Source: Bacteroidia bacterium
Lineage (GTDB): Bacteria > Bacteroidota > Bacteroidia > AKYH767-A > OLB10
NCBI GenBank assembly: GCA_035275625.1
Contig: DATEMK010000066.1
Span: 1 to 43,782 of the forward strand
Reading direction: 5' to 3'
Length of the DNA stretch: 43,782 nucleotides
A program made the translations under genes and the position numbers. Position 1 is the stretch's first letter; each line of letters begins with the position of its first letter. The notes beneath the pieces are model-generated. The model was not told where the DNA came from and searched no databases. It worked only from the letters and a program-made list of their open reading frames with translations. Shown here in pieces: positions 1-9,401 of this stretch.

Positions 1-90
1 TTTACTATTCCCCGCATCAATATGATCCCCGGACTGAAGTACCTGGGGAACATTTGATGCGTCTAAAACAACTATCTTTTTATCTGCCAC
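1..90 (-). CDS. Partial CDS (N-terminus only), third paralog of the small tail-distal protein family
   Basis: GTG at 90..88, one codon after the stop of the 94..567 ORF. Its translation ADKKIVVLDASNVPQVLQSGDHI aligns with GQKKPLVLGSDNVPQQLQAGDYI of the 94..567 product. The frame stays open to the window edge. Confidence 0.5.
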   Translation of the reverse strand, partial: MADKKIVVLDASNVPQVLQSGDHIDAGNSK

Positions 91-93
91 TTT

Positions 94-567
94 TTACAAT
101 TTATAAGCGTCCTGAATGTCAAGCCTCATTTCAGTTGTTGAAATGGCGCGCCCAACTACTTGTGAATAGCCGGTTGTCGGAGGAGTTGTAGTTAGCAATC
201 CAGCTGTTGCTGTGCTGACGTAATACAATGTATTAGCAACTAAACCGCCCGAACCTCCCGTCACTGCATCCCACTGTCCCGTGGTTGCAGATAAAATACT
301 TCCCTTACCGCACATGATCCCGCCAGTTACACCGGTGGCGATGCTGGTGTCAGCAACTAAGCCAATGCATGGAAGGGTACCCCCTGCATCTGCTTTCGCT
401 TTTTTAACGGTGTCGTTTGCCGAGTTATAAACAGGTGCACCGATAACGATTGATCCGGCTTCACCGTTTGTCAGCTGAGGCAGCTCAGCAGTTTGAATGT
501 AATCTCCTGCCTGTAATTGTTGCGGTACATTGTCTGAACCGAGTACTAAAGGTTTTTTTTGTCCCAT
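94..567 (-). CDS. Small Gly/Thr-rich phage structural protein, probably tail-fibre or receptor-binding associated (paralog family)
   Basis: 157-aa ORF downstream of the tail fibre gene. The C-terminal segment (...VVGRAISTTEMRLDIQDAYKL) is homologous to the C-terminus of the 593..1012 product. Confidence 0.6.
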   Translation of the reverse strand: MGQKKPLVLGSDNVPQQLQAGDYIQTAELPQLTNGEAGSIVIGAPVYNSANDTVKKAKADAGGTLPCIGLVADTSIATGVTGGIMCGKGSILSATTGQWDAVTGGSGGLVANTLYYVSTATAGLLTTTPPTTGYSQVVGRAISTTEMRLDIQDAYKL

Positions 568-592
568 AATGTTGATTGATTGTTAAAATGAT

Positions 593-1012
593 TTAAAATA
601 AATATGCGTCAGCTATCTCAATTTCGATAGTGTCTGTTTTGTAAGCAATTCCAATTACTTGTGTCCATAATGATGAAGGTGATGCAGGAGGGGTTTGTGA
701 CAATATTCCCTGGCCATTGATGTAAACCATTGCGCCAACGGTCCACGACCATGATGAATTTTGCATCTTCCCATCGGTCTGAACATTTCCGGAAGTGCTG
801 ATTGCAATGTCAGCCATGGCAAGACCAACAACTTTATTCTTGTGAAATAAATTTGCAGAATCTGCGAGCTGTCCGTTTGCCGTCACCGGCTGGCACTTCA
901 AAATATTTTCTGTAACTACTACGCTAATCATTGCATCTTCTCCAATTATATTTATTGGCGTGTTAAATTTTACTGTTGCACGCAGTCTGTTTTTGATTCT
1001 TACGGTGATCAT
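593..1012 (-). CDS. Small phage structural protein, paralog of the 94..567 product in its C-terminal domain
   Basis: 139-aa ORF with C-terminus ...QVIGIAYKTDTIEIEIADAYLF, matching the neighbour. Start overlaps the upstream stop by 4 nt. Confidence 0.6.
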   Translation of the reverse strand: MITVRIKNRLRATVKFNTPINIIGEDAMISVVVTENILKCQPVTANGQLADSANLFHKNKVVGLAMADIAISTSGNVQTDGKMQNSSWSWTVGAMVYINGQGILSQTPPASPSSLWTQVIGIAYKTDTIEIEIADAYLF

Positions 1013-1416
1013 GTCGGAACCTCAATGAATTTTGTTTGTGCATCTTTAGAAAGTGAAATTTCAATGTCAGATACAATATTGTCCATCGAACCACCGGTGA
1101 AGGAAGACACCACTTGTTTAATTTTAATTTCTCCGTAAATTATTTTTTCAAGGCTTAAAATTTTTGAGCCTGCAGCAGCAAGTTCAATGGTGCATTTTCC
1201 TTTGTCGGCTCCGGTCTGATCAAGAACGGTGATGACCTTAAATCCGGAAGCTGAAACAAGCGAGTAGCGGGCAATTTCTTTATATGCCCTGTGGTAAAGA
1301 ACAATGATCATTCCCAGGATGCCGGTTGTCAATGTCAGATCAATAGGCAAGCCCGTCTCATCATCCACAATGAGAAATTCCAGTACTTTATCTTCGCTCG
1401 GATGAACTTCAGTCAT
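1009..1416 (-). CDS. Hypothetical phage structural-module protein
   Basis: 135-aa ORF, tightly packed in the operon. Confidence 0.55.
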   Translation of the reverse strand: MTEVHPSEDKVLEFLIVDDETGLPIDLTLTTGILGMIIVLYHRAYKEIARYSLVSASGFKVITVLDQTGADKGKCTIELAAAGSKILSLEKIIYGEIKIKQVVSSFTGGSMDNIVSDIEISLSKDAQTKFIEVPT

Positions 1417-1424
1417 TGAAATTT

Positions 1425-1868
1425 TTAAATTAAACGGAACAATAAATCGAGCACAACATTTGAATCTCCCTGAGTAGGGACAGAATCAAATGTTGCCAAC
1501 AGTCTTCCGGTTTTCACATTGGTCACCTGTGTTGCACCGTCTTCAATCAGGGGAGTTAGTTTTTTCTTGCTGGATGAACCAAATGCTATAATATCAGTTC
1601 CATGCAATTGAAATTCCGAAACAGGACTGTTAACACCTTCAATGTGTAAATAAATGTGATCACAATCAAAATCTTCGGTTTCATAATTGATCGCGACAGA
1701 GCCGCTTATTAGTTCAATCATGCTGCCGTCACCGAACAAATGACTGTAGTCAGGCAGAACTTCCATTGTCTGGCCTGCTTTCGCTTCGGCTGCTGTTATA
1801 GTTCTGACCACTCTTCCCAATCGTAAATCTTTTACCATTGGTCCGTCAAATAATTTAATGTAATCCAT
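1425..1868 (-). CDS. Hypothetical phage structural-module protein
   Basis: 147-aa ORF directly downstream of the tail fibre gene. Confidence 0.55.
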   Translation of the reverse strand: MDYIKLFDGPMVKDLRLGRVVRTITAAEAKAGQTMEVLPDYSHLFGDGSMIELISGSVAINYETEDFDCDHIYLHIEGVNSPVSEFQLHGTDIIAFGSSSKKKLTPLIEDGATQVTNVKTGRLLATFDSVPTQGDSNVVLDLLFRLI

Positions 1869-1879
1869 AGTTGTTATAT

Positions 1880-3316
1880 TTAAGATTTGAAGTACTGTGT
1901 AATTTGAAATTGCCCGGTAGCGGATTGCCTGTATTTAAACCAATCATTTGCCGCGCCATCCAACGAAAGCGGGCTGCTAACACCTGATGGCAGTGAAATA
2001 TTCACCCCTGAAGTAATGTCCAAAGTCATTAAACTGTTTATCCTGGCTAATACTTCATGCGTGTAATTAAAGCTGGGTGTGTTGATTGTGTCTATTCCCA
2101 ATACTCCTGAACCTTGCAGGTCTAAAACTCCCGCTTTTTCTTTTGGATTGGTGCCATTTACATCCAAAACATTTCCTCCTGTTATAGCTACATTGGAAAC
2201 AATATTGCTGAACCCGTATTGCAGGACACCGCCATTAATATCGGCACTGTAAACCGCACTGACTCCTGTTTCGTGCATATCGGTTACGTTAGCGCCTGAA
2301 TTAATAGTTCTGCCTCCCGTTATAGTTGCACCCCTTATAGATGAGCTCCCTGTACCCAATATGCTGAATGAAGAATTTTCGCACCTGTATTTTTCTATCT
2401 GTGAGAATGCGGTAAGCGAAGCGGAAGAATTTAAAAATGTGTTTTGAATAAACGAAAAAAGTCCAGCGGTCATACTGTTCGTGATGGTGCAATTTTTAAT
2501 CACGTTATCTTTAAACGTGGAACCCAGCATGGCAGTGCCAGAGAATGCAGCGGTCATAGTTGTTTCCTCGACTGTGTTACCTGTAAAGTTTAAATATCCC
2601 CAGGGCGCGGTATTAATAAACGAAGTGGCACCGGCAACAGAATTTTTTACAACATTCCCGTAATTGTCGTAACGTTCGTAAATAACATCAGCCACAGGAT
2701 CATAATTCACGCGCTCAACTTCCAACGTGCCGCGCAAACCTGACGCTGTATAGTCAACAAATAAATGTCCGTAATGATCAAACCTATTTGACGTTATTGA
2801 ACGTAGAGCGATAGCAACATCAATAAGCAGGTACAAATAACCTCCACGTAAAGCACTGGTGGAAACAAGTGTATTGAACCCTGCGCGAGTAGTAAGAATA
2901 ACCTGGTTAAGGTAAAGTGTTTTTAATGCATTGGCAGAAATCTCATTCGGTCCACCAAGGTCGAGGTACTGATCAGTGTTTTGAATGTGTGAAAGTGTGC
3001 CTGTAGAAACAAGCTGCCATATCGCGGGATTGGTCCCGGGAGTTACACCGGTCTGGTAAGGAGTACCAACAAACAAATAAATATTACCAAGGTAACTGAC
3101 ATAAGAAGGGATCGGGTTTCCGTTGGAATCATTAAACGGATATGCCTGGCCCGGACTATAAGGCGCCACATTGCCGGTAGAATTCAATGATTGAATAGTA
3201 TCAATCAGAATTTCCCAATTGGTATCATGTTCAAGCCATGTCAGCTCTGAACCTTTTGTTGTGTAACCGGCTTTTGTTAAAATCCGGAAGATGAAATTTA
3301 TGTTTGGCAGTCCCAT
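1880..3316 (-). CDS. Tail fibre protein
   Basis: 478 aa. The N-terminus (TKGSELTWLEHDTNWEILIDTIQSL) is the typical phage fibre attachment motif. The rest is Gly/Asn/Thr-rich and beta-helix-like. Confidence 0.7.
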   Translation of the reverse strand: MGLPNINFIFRILTKAGYTTKGSELTWLEHDTNWEILIDTIQSLNSTGNVAPYSPGQAYPFNDSNGNPIPSYVSYLGNIYLFVGTPYQTGVTPGTNPAIWQLVSTGTLSHIQNTDQYLDLGGPNEISANALKTLYLNQVILTTRAGFNTLVSTSALRGGYLYLLIDVAIALRSITSNRFDHYGHLFVDYTASGLRGTLEVERVNYDPVADVIYERYDNYGNVVKNSVAGATSFINTAPWGYLNFTGNTVEETTMTAAFSGTAMLGSTFKDNVIKNCTITNSMTAGLFSFIQNTFLNSSASLTAFSQIEKYRCENSSFSILGTGSSSIRGATITGGRTINSGANVTDMHETGVSAVYSADINGGVLQYGFSNIVSNVAITGGNVLDVNGTNPKEKAGVLDLQGSGVLGIDTINTPSFNYTHEVLARINSLMTLDITSGVNISLPSGVSSPLSLDGAANDWFKYRQSATGQFQITQYFKS

Positions 3317-3319
3317 GAG

Positions 3320-3865
3320 TTAGTATTTATATTTCCACATTTCTGCGGGATCAATTTTGCAGTCATTACCACCAATAGCATTTATCCTCATGCGGCTTTT
3401 TAATGTTGTGATGGGTTTGTATAAAGGAAATTTTGAAGAGTCAGCGGTCTTGGTTTTCACAATGAATTTAATCATGCGATCTGCAAATGCATACGCTCCG
3501 GATTGTGCCTGTGAAATGAGATCTGCTTTTTCATCTTTGTCCAAACCGGTGGAGAATTCATTTTTCTTTTTTACCAGCCCTGAAGCAGTTGAATGAATGC
3601 CATCCGAAACAAGATACCTGGCATAAGAGTAATACACCAGCGCAGGAATAATGTATTCAAGGAGCGCTTTGTTATCGGTGTCAGTGGATGCGTGGTGATC
3701 AATGATGTCGAGCAACATTAAATCCTCATCGCTGAGCAGTGGTGACAGGTCAAATAACTGCGCTTCCAGAATGAACGGTTGAAGCTTTACTATATCGCTC
3801 ACAAATTTTGTGATCGGCTTATAAGGCTCGAAATTGTCTTTTGTTATGAGGAGGTCCTGAATCAT
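3320..3865 (-). CDS. Hypothetical phage protein
   Basis: 181-aa ORF with a 4-nt overlap to the upstream gene. Confidence 0.55.
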   Translation of the reverse strand: MIQDLLITKDNFEPYKPITKFVSDIVKLQPFILEAQLFDLSPLLSDEDLMLLDIIDHHASTDTDNKALLEYIIPALVYYSYARYLVSDGIHSTASGLVKKKNEFSTGLDKDEKADLISQAQSGAYAFADRMIKFIVKTKTADSSKFPLYKPITTLKSRMRINAIGGNDCKIDPAEMWKYKY

Positions 3866-5010
3866 TCTACCGGAGGTGTTTTAGGATCTTCTTTTTTGGG
3901 ATTCAGTGATTCGGACATGAATTCACCTGTGCCCATCGGAATAATTGAATAGTTGCCTGAAGGATTGATAGCGCCCTCCCAGTTGGAAAAAATATCTTTG
4001 AATGTTTCTTCAAACATTATCCGCTCTTCCTTCGTGTAATTGTTATAGTAGGTAATGGCATCAACCATTTGCTGACTGAGCCCGATCTGCCCGGGAATAG
4101 TTTCACCGATCAGAACACCAGGTGCACCAAATTGTTTCCGTATATTTTCACCAACAGAGGTTTCATGGTACTCAAACATTCTGTCATTCTTCGGAACATC
4201 GAATGGTTTTATTTCCGGAATCTGATCTTTCTTTTTATACTCGACATGGAAAATCCTGCTTGCATTTTTTCCACCCTGAAACTTTTTAACATTGTTGCGG
4301 AATTCTGTTCGTTCCTCCTCCTTTTCAAATTCAGGAGTGGCAAACATGTGGCTGGCCATGAAGTTGGTTGTTACATTCCGGAACTTATACATTTTCGTTT
4401 CGGAGTCTGTGATCACGTCCTCGCGAACGGAATCAATCGGGGAAAGAGGGTACTCATTCCCATAGTAAAAAAGCTGTCCTTTGTACTGGCCGACCCCTTC
4501 TTCTTCGATACGGTAGGAAACATATTCCGGATCGGCATTATACAGGTCTATCCAGTCAATTTTTTTCCGAAGAAAATATAACCTCCTCCGACCATCCCAA
4601 TCATCATATAAAGCAGCTCTCCCTGCAACTTCGGGGACTTCATCATCGCCCAGGCGAATGTGCTCAAACGGCACGTGAAAAACTTCGGTGATTTTTCCAT
4701 TGAGGTTGAAATTCATGTGAATTCCATAACCTTTGAAGCGTGCATAATCCGCTGCGAGCTTCCGGAAAAGCATGTCAACCGTCATACCCCTGCGGTTGAT
4801 TATTGCTTTGTAAAAAGTGAGATCCTTGAACCCTTCGCCCTTTATAAATTTTGCAAAGGTGTTGACACACCGCGTTGCGGCTCCACTCGCAGAAATGAGC
4901 ATGTCAATATTCTGCGGGTAAGCATTATCCAGATCATAGTTTTGAATTCTGTAAACTCTGTTCTTACGGATAATGATACGGGGATCAAGATCGGTAGTGA
5001 ACGAAATCAC
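3862..5010 (-). CDS. Putative portal protein
   Basis: 382 aa. Portal-like pattern includes ...FQGGKNASRIFHVEY... (resembling the F-x-G-x-x-NAGK portal motif) and an acidic/Pro-rich C-terminal tail. Assigned by pattern only. Confidence 0.5.
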   Translation of the reverse strand: MISFTTDLDPRIIIRKNRVYRIQNYDLDNAYPQNIDMLISASGAATRCVNTFAKFIKGEGFKDLTFYKAIINRRGMTVDMLFRKLAADYARFKGYGIHMNFNLNGKITEVFHVPFEHIRLGDDEVPEVAGRAALYDDWDGRRRLYFLRKKIDWIDLYNADPEYVSYRIEEEGVGQYKGQLFYYGNEYPLSPIDSVREDVITDSETKMYKFRNVTTNFMASHMFATPEFEKEEERTEFRNNVKKFQGGKNASRIFHVEYKKKDQIPEIKPFDVPKNDRMFEYHETSVGENIRKQFGAPGVLIGETIPGQIGLSQQMVDAITYYNNYTKEERIMFEETFKDIFSNWEGAINPSGNYSIIPMGTGEFMSESLNPKKEDPKTPPVE

Positions 5011-5012
5011 GG

Positions 5013-5456
5013 TTATTTAGTTTTGCCCTGTTTGCCAGTTTTTGTAGTGACTGATTCCGGATTGACTTCACCGGTGTCGGTTAATTTTCCACCTGCAGGA
5101 GATTTCGTTTTCTTCGGTATTTTGACAAATACACTTAGTAAAGCCGGACGGTTTGTTAAAATTATCCTCGCTTCATCAGGAGTGATGTTCTCTGAAGTCC
5201 GGGGACCAAACTCCGACATCAGTGTTGAACCCTCACGGATTGTATAGTCGAAACTTTCAAAATCAATTGTTATAGCAACAGGCTCCACCAATTTTTTCAA
5301 ACGTGCTATAGCATCATCGAATCTTCCCGGGCAGTTGATACAGATTTCCTCTTTCAAAAATTCCTGGCATACCGCCTGAAATTCTTTGCTTTTTTCTTCG
5401 TTAACGAAGACCTCGGCAACAGTATAGCCGATAACTTTTAAGATTTTTTCTTTCAT
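5013..5456 (-). CDS. Hypothetical phage protein with a basic C-terminal tail
   Basis: 147-aa ORF, 2 nt upstream of the portal-like gene. Confidence 0.55.
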   Translation of the reverse strand: MKEKILKVIGYTVAEVFVNEEKSKEFQAVCQEFLKEEICINCPGRFDDAIARLKKLVEPVAITIDFESFDYTIREGSTLMSEFGPRTSENITPDEARIILTNRPALLSVFVKIPKKTKSPAGGKLTDTGEVNPESVTTKTGKQGKTK

Positions 5457-5471
5457 GTTTATTTGAGTTTT

Positions 5472-5507
5472 AACAAAACAAGCCAGCTTACGGGCTGGCC
5501 TGCTTGG
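5472..5507 (-). terminator. Rho-independent terminator after the 244-aa head-module gene
   Basis: On the minus strand: GCCAGC-CCGTAA-GCTGGC stem-loop, extendable with A:U and G:U pairs, followed by TTGTTTTGTT. Confidence 0.55.
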
Positions 5508-5534
5508 TATCTGTTTTTTAAACGATTGTTGGAA

Positions 5535-6269
5535 TTATACCAACAGCGCATCAACCACAGCCTTGGATGCTGCCAAAGAAGTAATGAAGATGTTACGTGG
5601 CAAATGAGGTTCAAGCGCCTTCGGATTCGATTTTAACTGAATCTTATAAGCTGATCCGGTAACATCGTCACCGAGATTTCTTTCCAAAATGAACATTTCC
5701 AGACCGCAATCCCATCCATACACTTCATAAGCGGCATTGCCGGTTGCACCAGTGAATTTATTCAGAACAATTCCTCCGAGATTTCCGTCCTTCATTGATT
5801 CAAGATTTTTCTTTACATCAGGAGTTGATGTAAAAACATAGAAATCAATAAGGTGTTCGATGTTGGAAGAAAAATCTTTCTTCACGAGTGACTGTTTTGG
5901 AACGACACTCAAATTTTTTCCTTCAAATTTGAAAGCTGGCTTAGTGGCCTGCATCGCCATAGCTTCAATGATCAACTTGTTAAGCGTGTTGTAAGTGACA
6001 GTTGCTAAATCAACCTCATTTCGGTTGAACAAGATTAGATCGGCATCCACACCGGAAATTATCGGATTATCGCAATCCAACGTTACACCGGCTGCGACTC
6101 TTCCGCAGAGGCTACCGAATGCGACTCCGGTTTGCTGCATTCCATAAGAAGCTGCGATTGACCCGGCAGCAAGAAGGGGCGTTAATTCAATATGATTGAA
6201 AGCATTGGCAACAAGACCGCAGCCTATAACGCAGAATGTGATGACTAAGATGTTTTTTAAGATTTTCAT
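5535..6269 (-). CDS. Virion protein of unknown role (second head protein or major tail protein) with a hydrophobic N-terminal leader
   Basis: 244 aa, immediately after the capsid gene and followed by a terminator. The leader motif VIGCGLVANAF...TGVAF is shared with the capsid protein. Confidence 0.5.
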   Translation of the reverse strand: MKILKNILVITFCVIGCGLVANAFNHIELTPLLAAGSIAASYGMQQTGVAFGSLCGRVAAGVTLDCDNPIISGVDADLILFNRNEVDLATVTYNTLNKLIIEAMAMQATKPAFKFEGKNLSVVPKQSLVKKDFSSNIEHLIDFYVFTSTPDVKKNLESMKDGNLGGIVLNKFTGATGNAAYEVYGWDCGLEMFILERNLGDDVTGSAYKIQLKSNPKALEPHLPRNIFITSLAASKAVVDALLV

Positions 6270-6333
6270 TTTTTTGGTTTTTTGTTTTTGATGGTTTTTA
6301 TAAATTGGTTTTACTTTACTAACAGGCTAATGA

Positions 6334-7668
6334 TTAAGCAGGTCTCCACATTTCTATTTCCTGCGAGAACATATAGTTGACATCGGATTTCATACCGCAT
6401 TTCATTCTCACAACCTGATCTAATGTGGTTTTGCGCATATCAACGGTTTCTAAAGAGGAACCGTCACCGAGAAGATCAACAGCGAGGAACATATTGGAGA
6501 CTTTTGCAATGACAATCACATTCGGTTTCCAGTAAGGCATGGGTGTTAAAACATTTCCTAAGAAGTCGAGCACTTTATCACCGACAAACGCTCCTACTAC
6601 ATTAGTTCCGGCAGCCTGTGAAAGTTTATAAGCACGTTCCACATGCAGCGGGATATAAATTTTAAGATCAGTTTCAGCCCTGAGCGCATCCGGAATAGTG
6701 TTATAGATGGTGGAGAAAACCGAAATAACGTTGAAACGATTAATGCTGATCAGTTTGGCACTTCCGAATGTTGGCGTTCCTGTAGCTGCTGAGGTATCAA
6801 CTCCGATGGAAAGAGTAGTTCCTGAAAGAATTCCGGTAATCAGGTATGAATTACCGTTGAGCTGAGTGCTCATGTTACCTGTGCCGGCAACACCAAGAAC
6901 AGTTACATAATCCCCGACCTCTAAATTGGTTGTGCTTACTACGGTTACTACCGCTTCAGTTGCTTTTGTAATGTCACTTACTGCGAACGTTGCGTTAGCG
7001 CCAGGGTTTAATTTTCTAACATTACTATCGGCAAGCATTAAAGGAAGCAAACCGGTATAGGAAGAAGAAAACGTAAACAATGCATTTGCTGATTTACCAA
7101 GGAGGTAAAGCTGCTCGTTTTGAATAGCGATTTTCTTCAATGCACGCTGAACTAAGAAATCTGACAGCTCCACGGTTCCGTCATAGTCCTGCATTTCACC
7201 AGGCTTCAGTTGCTGAGCTTCCCATGAAGTGACAAGCGTACTGTAATTGTATTGCTTATGAATTTCATAAGCTACAGGATCGAGATAACGCTCCGGAATG
7301 GTAATAGATGAAGTCTGAGGTGTGAAGACTGCTGATGGTGTCTGGAATGCGAAATCATCATCCAGTGAACGCATCAGTTTTCTTTTCTTCACATTTGGAA
7401 TGACTGTTATAAGTCCACGTTCCACGAGACCGGGAGATAACAGGGCTGTTGCCTGGTATCCTGCCAATAATTCACCGGCATACGTGTTAGGCGTAAATGT
7501 GAATGTGGTTTCAAATGCTAATCCCGCTGGCATTCTGATGAATGACAAGGCGAAGAAAATCAGCATGAGAATGAAAGGGTTTAACCCGATTGCATTTGCA
7601 ATTAATCCACCTCCGATTATTGCAAGCAATAGAGCGGTTATCCGGTGGACGATTAGTTTTGATTTCAT
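6334..7668 (-). CDS. Major capsid protein (HK97 fold)
   Basis: 444 aa. HK97-family landmarks include ELSDFLVQRALKKIAIQNEQLYLLGKS and ...YTGLLPLM..., plus a C-terminal ...VRMKCGMKSDVNYMF. It follows a protease/scaffold gene. Confidence 0.7.
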   Translation of the reverse strand: MKSKLIVHRITALLLAIIGGGLIANAIGLNPFILMLIFFALSFIRMPAGLAFETTFTFTPNTYAGELLAGYQATALLSPGLVERGLITVIPNVKKRKLMRSLDDDFAFQTPSAVFTPQTSSITIPERYLDPVAYEIHKQYNYSTLVTSWEAQQLKPGEMQDYDGTVELSDFLVQRALKKIAIQNEQLYLLGKSANALFTFSSSYTGLLPLMLADSNVRKLNPGANATFAVSDITKATEAVVTVVSTTNLEVGDYVTVLGVAGTGNMSTQLNGNSYLITGILSGTTLSIGVDTSAATGTPTFGSAKLISINRFNVISVFSTIYNTIPDALRAETDLKIYIPLHVERAYKLSQAAGTNVVGAFVGDKVLDFLGNVLTPMPYWKPNVIVIAKVSNMFLAVDLLGDGSSLETVDMRKTTLDQVVRMKCGMKSDVNYMFSQEIEMWRPA

Positions 7669-7729
7669 TTTTTTTTTGGTTATTTAATGATTGGTTTTAT
7701 GATGGTTTTGAAATAGTGGCGTGGGTATG

Positions 7730-8977
7730 TTACCGTGCAGTTGCAGCAGCTCTTTCAGCTATAGTTTTGGGTTTTTCTTCATCCTCATCCTTGTCTTTTT
7801 TCTTATCCGGAGGAACAAAAGATTTTTTCTTTTTCGGCTCGTAATCCGTGGAGATTGATTTTTTAATTTTCTCCAATTCTTTTTTCACTTCTTCCAAATC
7901 GGATTTCTGTTCACCAAGCTCCTTCTCGAGCTTTTTGTTTTTGATTGTGAGGTCAGCAAATTCCTTTGCAATTTTTTCCTCGTCTTCAGTTTCATCCTCC
8001 GAATCTTCTTCTTTCGGTTTAACTGAAGTGACTTTTCCACCTGCAACGCTCACGACATTGCTGCCCTGGGTGTAATTTCCATCAGATGCAGGTTTGCCTT
8101 CTGAGTTCTGAGCTTCATCGCCTTCCGCAGGAGCTTCGTTGTCGGTTATAATTGAAATTTCTGAACCATCGTCACCGGTTGCAGAGATGCTTTTTACATC
8201 GCCATCAATGAGGGCATTTACTTTTGCTTTGAACTTTTCGTACAAAGACTTTTTCTTGTCTGCCATTGTTTTTTGATTTTTATATGTGTGGAATTTGAGT
8301 AAGAACTCTTTTAAAATTTCAGGGTGTTCGCTGATGATCTCGAAGATTTCGGGGTTCTCTTCTAAAAACTCAGTCGCTTTTGCTGCATAATTACCTTCTA
8401 TATCCTTGAAAAGATTTTCGGTTGCAGCAGGAGAATCAACTAAATCGGAAGCAACAAAAGATTTGAGGCGCAATGCATCAACTTCCTTCTCTCCTCCATC
8501 CGTGTTGATCTTAATTTTCTGTGATTCATCTGGAAAAAAAGCGATTGAATTTCCGAACATGTCGTTATTTTTCTCCGCCATGTCGAGGACGTATGTATAT
8601 AAATCACCGCCCGGAGATTTTTTTGCTGTTTTGTCGAGGTGCAGATCAGCGATAGTGTGGTACTTCTGCCCTTCAGGATCACCCATTGACTTTTCAGCCT
8701 TCAATTCATAGCGGAAGTTTTTGAAACGACCGATATAGGTACCCAGACCTTCTTTGCACATGGTCGGATGCCCGAACCGTGATTTAACACCATTGGTTTG
8801 AGCGTTTCCATGATCAGCAAGTGATTTCAGGAACACATCGTCCATGTAATCACCTGTTTTATCCCAACCATAGTTGGCGATCACCACATCTTTAATAATG
8901 GCATTCTCACGATCAATTTTCGTGGTCATATCTTTAAAGAAGATGGGTGTTGATTTAAAAAACCTGTGTTTTGGCAT
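7730..8977 (-). CDS. Prohead protease fused to a coiled-coil, acidic scaffolding-like C-terminus
   Basis: HK97-type protease-like His...Ser pattern (VKSRFGHPTM ... MFGNSIAF). The C-terminal half is Glu/Lys-rich coiled coil. The ATG at 8977 is preferred over the GTG at 8992 because it lies 26 nt from the late-promoter-like motif. Confidence 0.55.
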   Translation of the reverse strand: MPKHRFFKSTPIFFKDMTTKIDRENAIIKDVVIANYGWDKTGDYMDDVFLKSLADHGNAQTNGVKSRFGHPTMCKEGLGTYIGRFKNFRYELKAEKSMGDPEGQKYHTIADLHLDKTAKKSPGGDLYTYVLDMAEKNNDMFGNSIAFFPDESQKIKINTDGGEKEVDALRLKSFVASDLVDSPAATENLFKDIEGNYAAKATEFLEENPEIFEIISEHPEILKEFLLKFHTYKNQKTMADKKKSLYEKFKAKVNALIDGDVKSISATGDDGSEISIITDNEAPAEGDEAQNSEGKPASDGNYTQGSNVVSVAGGKVTSVKPKEEDSEDETEDEEKIAKEFADLTIKNKKLEKELGEQKSDLEEVKKELEKIKKSISTDYEPKKKKSFVPPDKKKDKDEDEEKPKTIAERAAATAR

Positions 8978-9002
8978 TTGGGAGAATCGCACAACAAAGG
9001 AA

Positions 9003-9034
9003 ACTCCAATTTAATAAAATTAACGGACAGTTAT
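9003..9034 (-). promoter_or_regulatory. Late-operon promoter-like motif C (head operon)
   Basis: Minus strand ATAACTGTCCGTTAATTTTATTAAATTGGAGT, 25/32 identical to the motif at 24270..24301 and related to 20032..20053. Confidence 0.5.
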
Positions 9035-9065
9035 TTGTCCCAAAAATTATTTTAATATTGCAGGC

Positions 9066-9392
9066 ATGACAAACAACCTTCAACTTTACTCATACCACCT
9101 GCAAATTTTACAGGACAAAGGCACGGTTCGTTACGTGGCGAACGCAACAAAATATGATGCTTTTTACAGGAGAAACGGCAGGCGTGTCGAGGAGCTACTA
9201 AATAAAATCTGCGATCTGCAGGAGGAATATTTTGAAACGGAAAACAAAGAAGTGAAAATGAAAAAGCGAAATTTGTTTCAGAAAATTTTTCGCATGAAGC
9301 CGTCACCGGTGATGAAGCCCGGCAAGAAAGAAGTTGATTTTAACAAGGCATTCAATAAACTGATGGAAGAGAAAGTTCAGATTAATTTATAA
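9066..9392 (+). CDS. Hypothetical protein on the opposite strand (moron-like)
   Basis: 108-aa charged, helical-looking ORF. It is one of only two plus-strand ORFs in the structural region. The antisense ORF 9052..9306 is Cys-rich and looks non-protein-like. Confidence 0.5.
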   Translation: MTNNLQLYSYHLQILQDKGTVRYVANATKYDAFYRRNGRRVEELLNKICDLQEEYFETENKEVKMKKRNLFQKIFRMKPSPVMKPGKKEVDFNKAFNKLMEEKVQINL

Positions 9393-9401
9393 CTTTGGGG
9401 T

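Noticed and set aside
8978-8992. GTG start at 8992 for the protease/scaffold gene
   Set aside because: The ATG at 8977 gives a spacing to the promoter-like motif comparable to that of the tail operon. The GTG extension adds only MRFSQ. This remains uncertain.
9052-9306. Minus-strand 84-aa Cys-rich ORF
   Set aside because: It is antisense to the more protein-like 9066..9392 ORF, has an odd composition, and is not coupled to any minus-strand operon.
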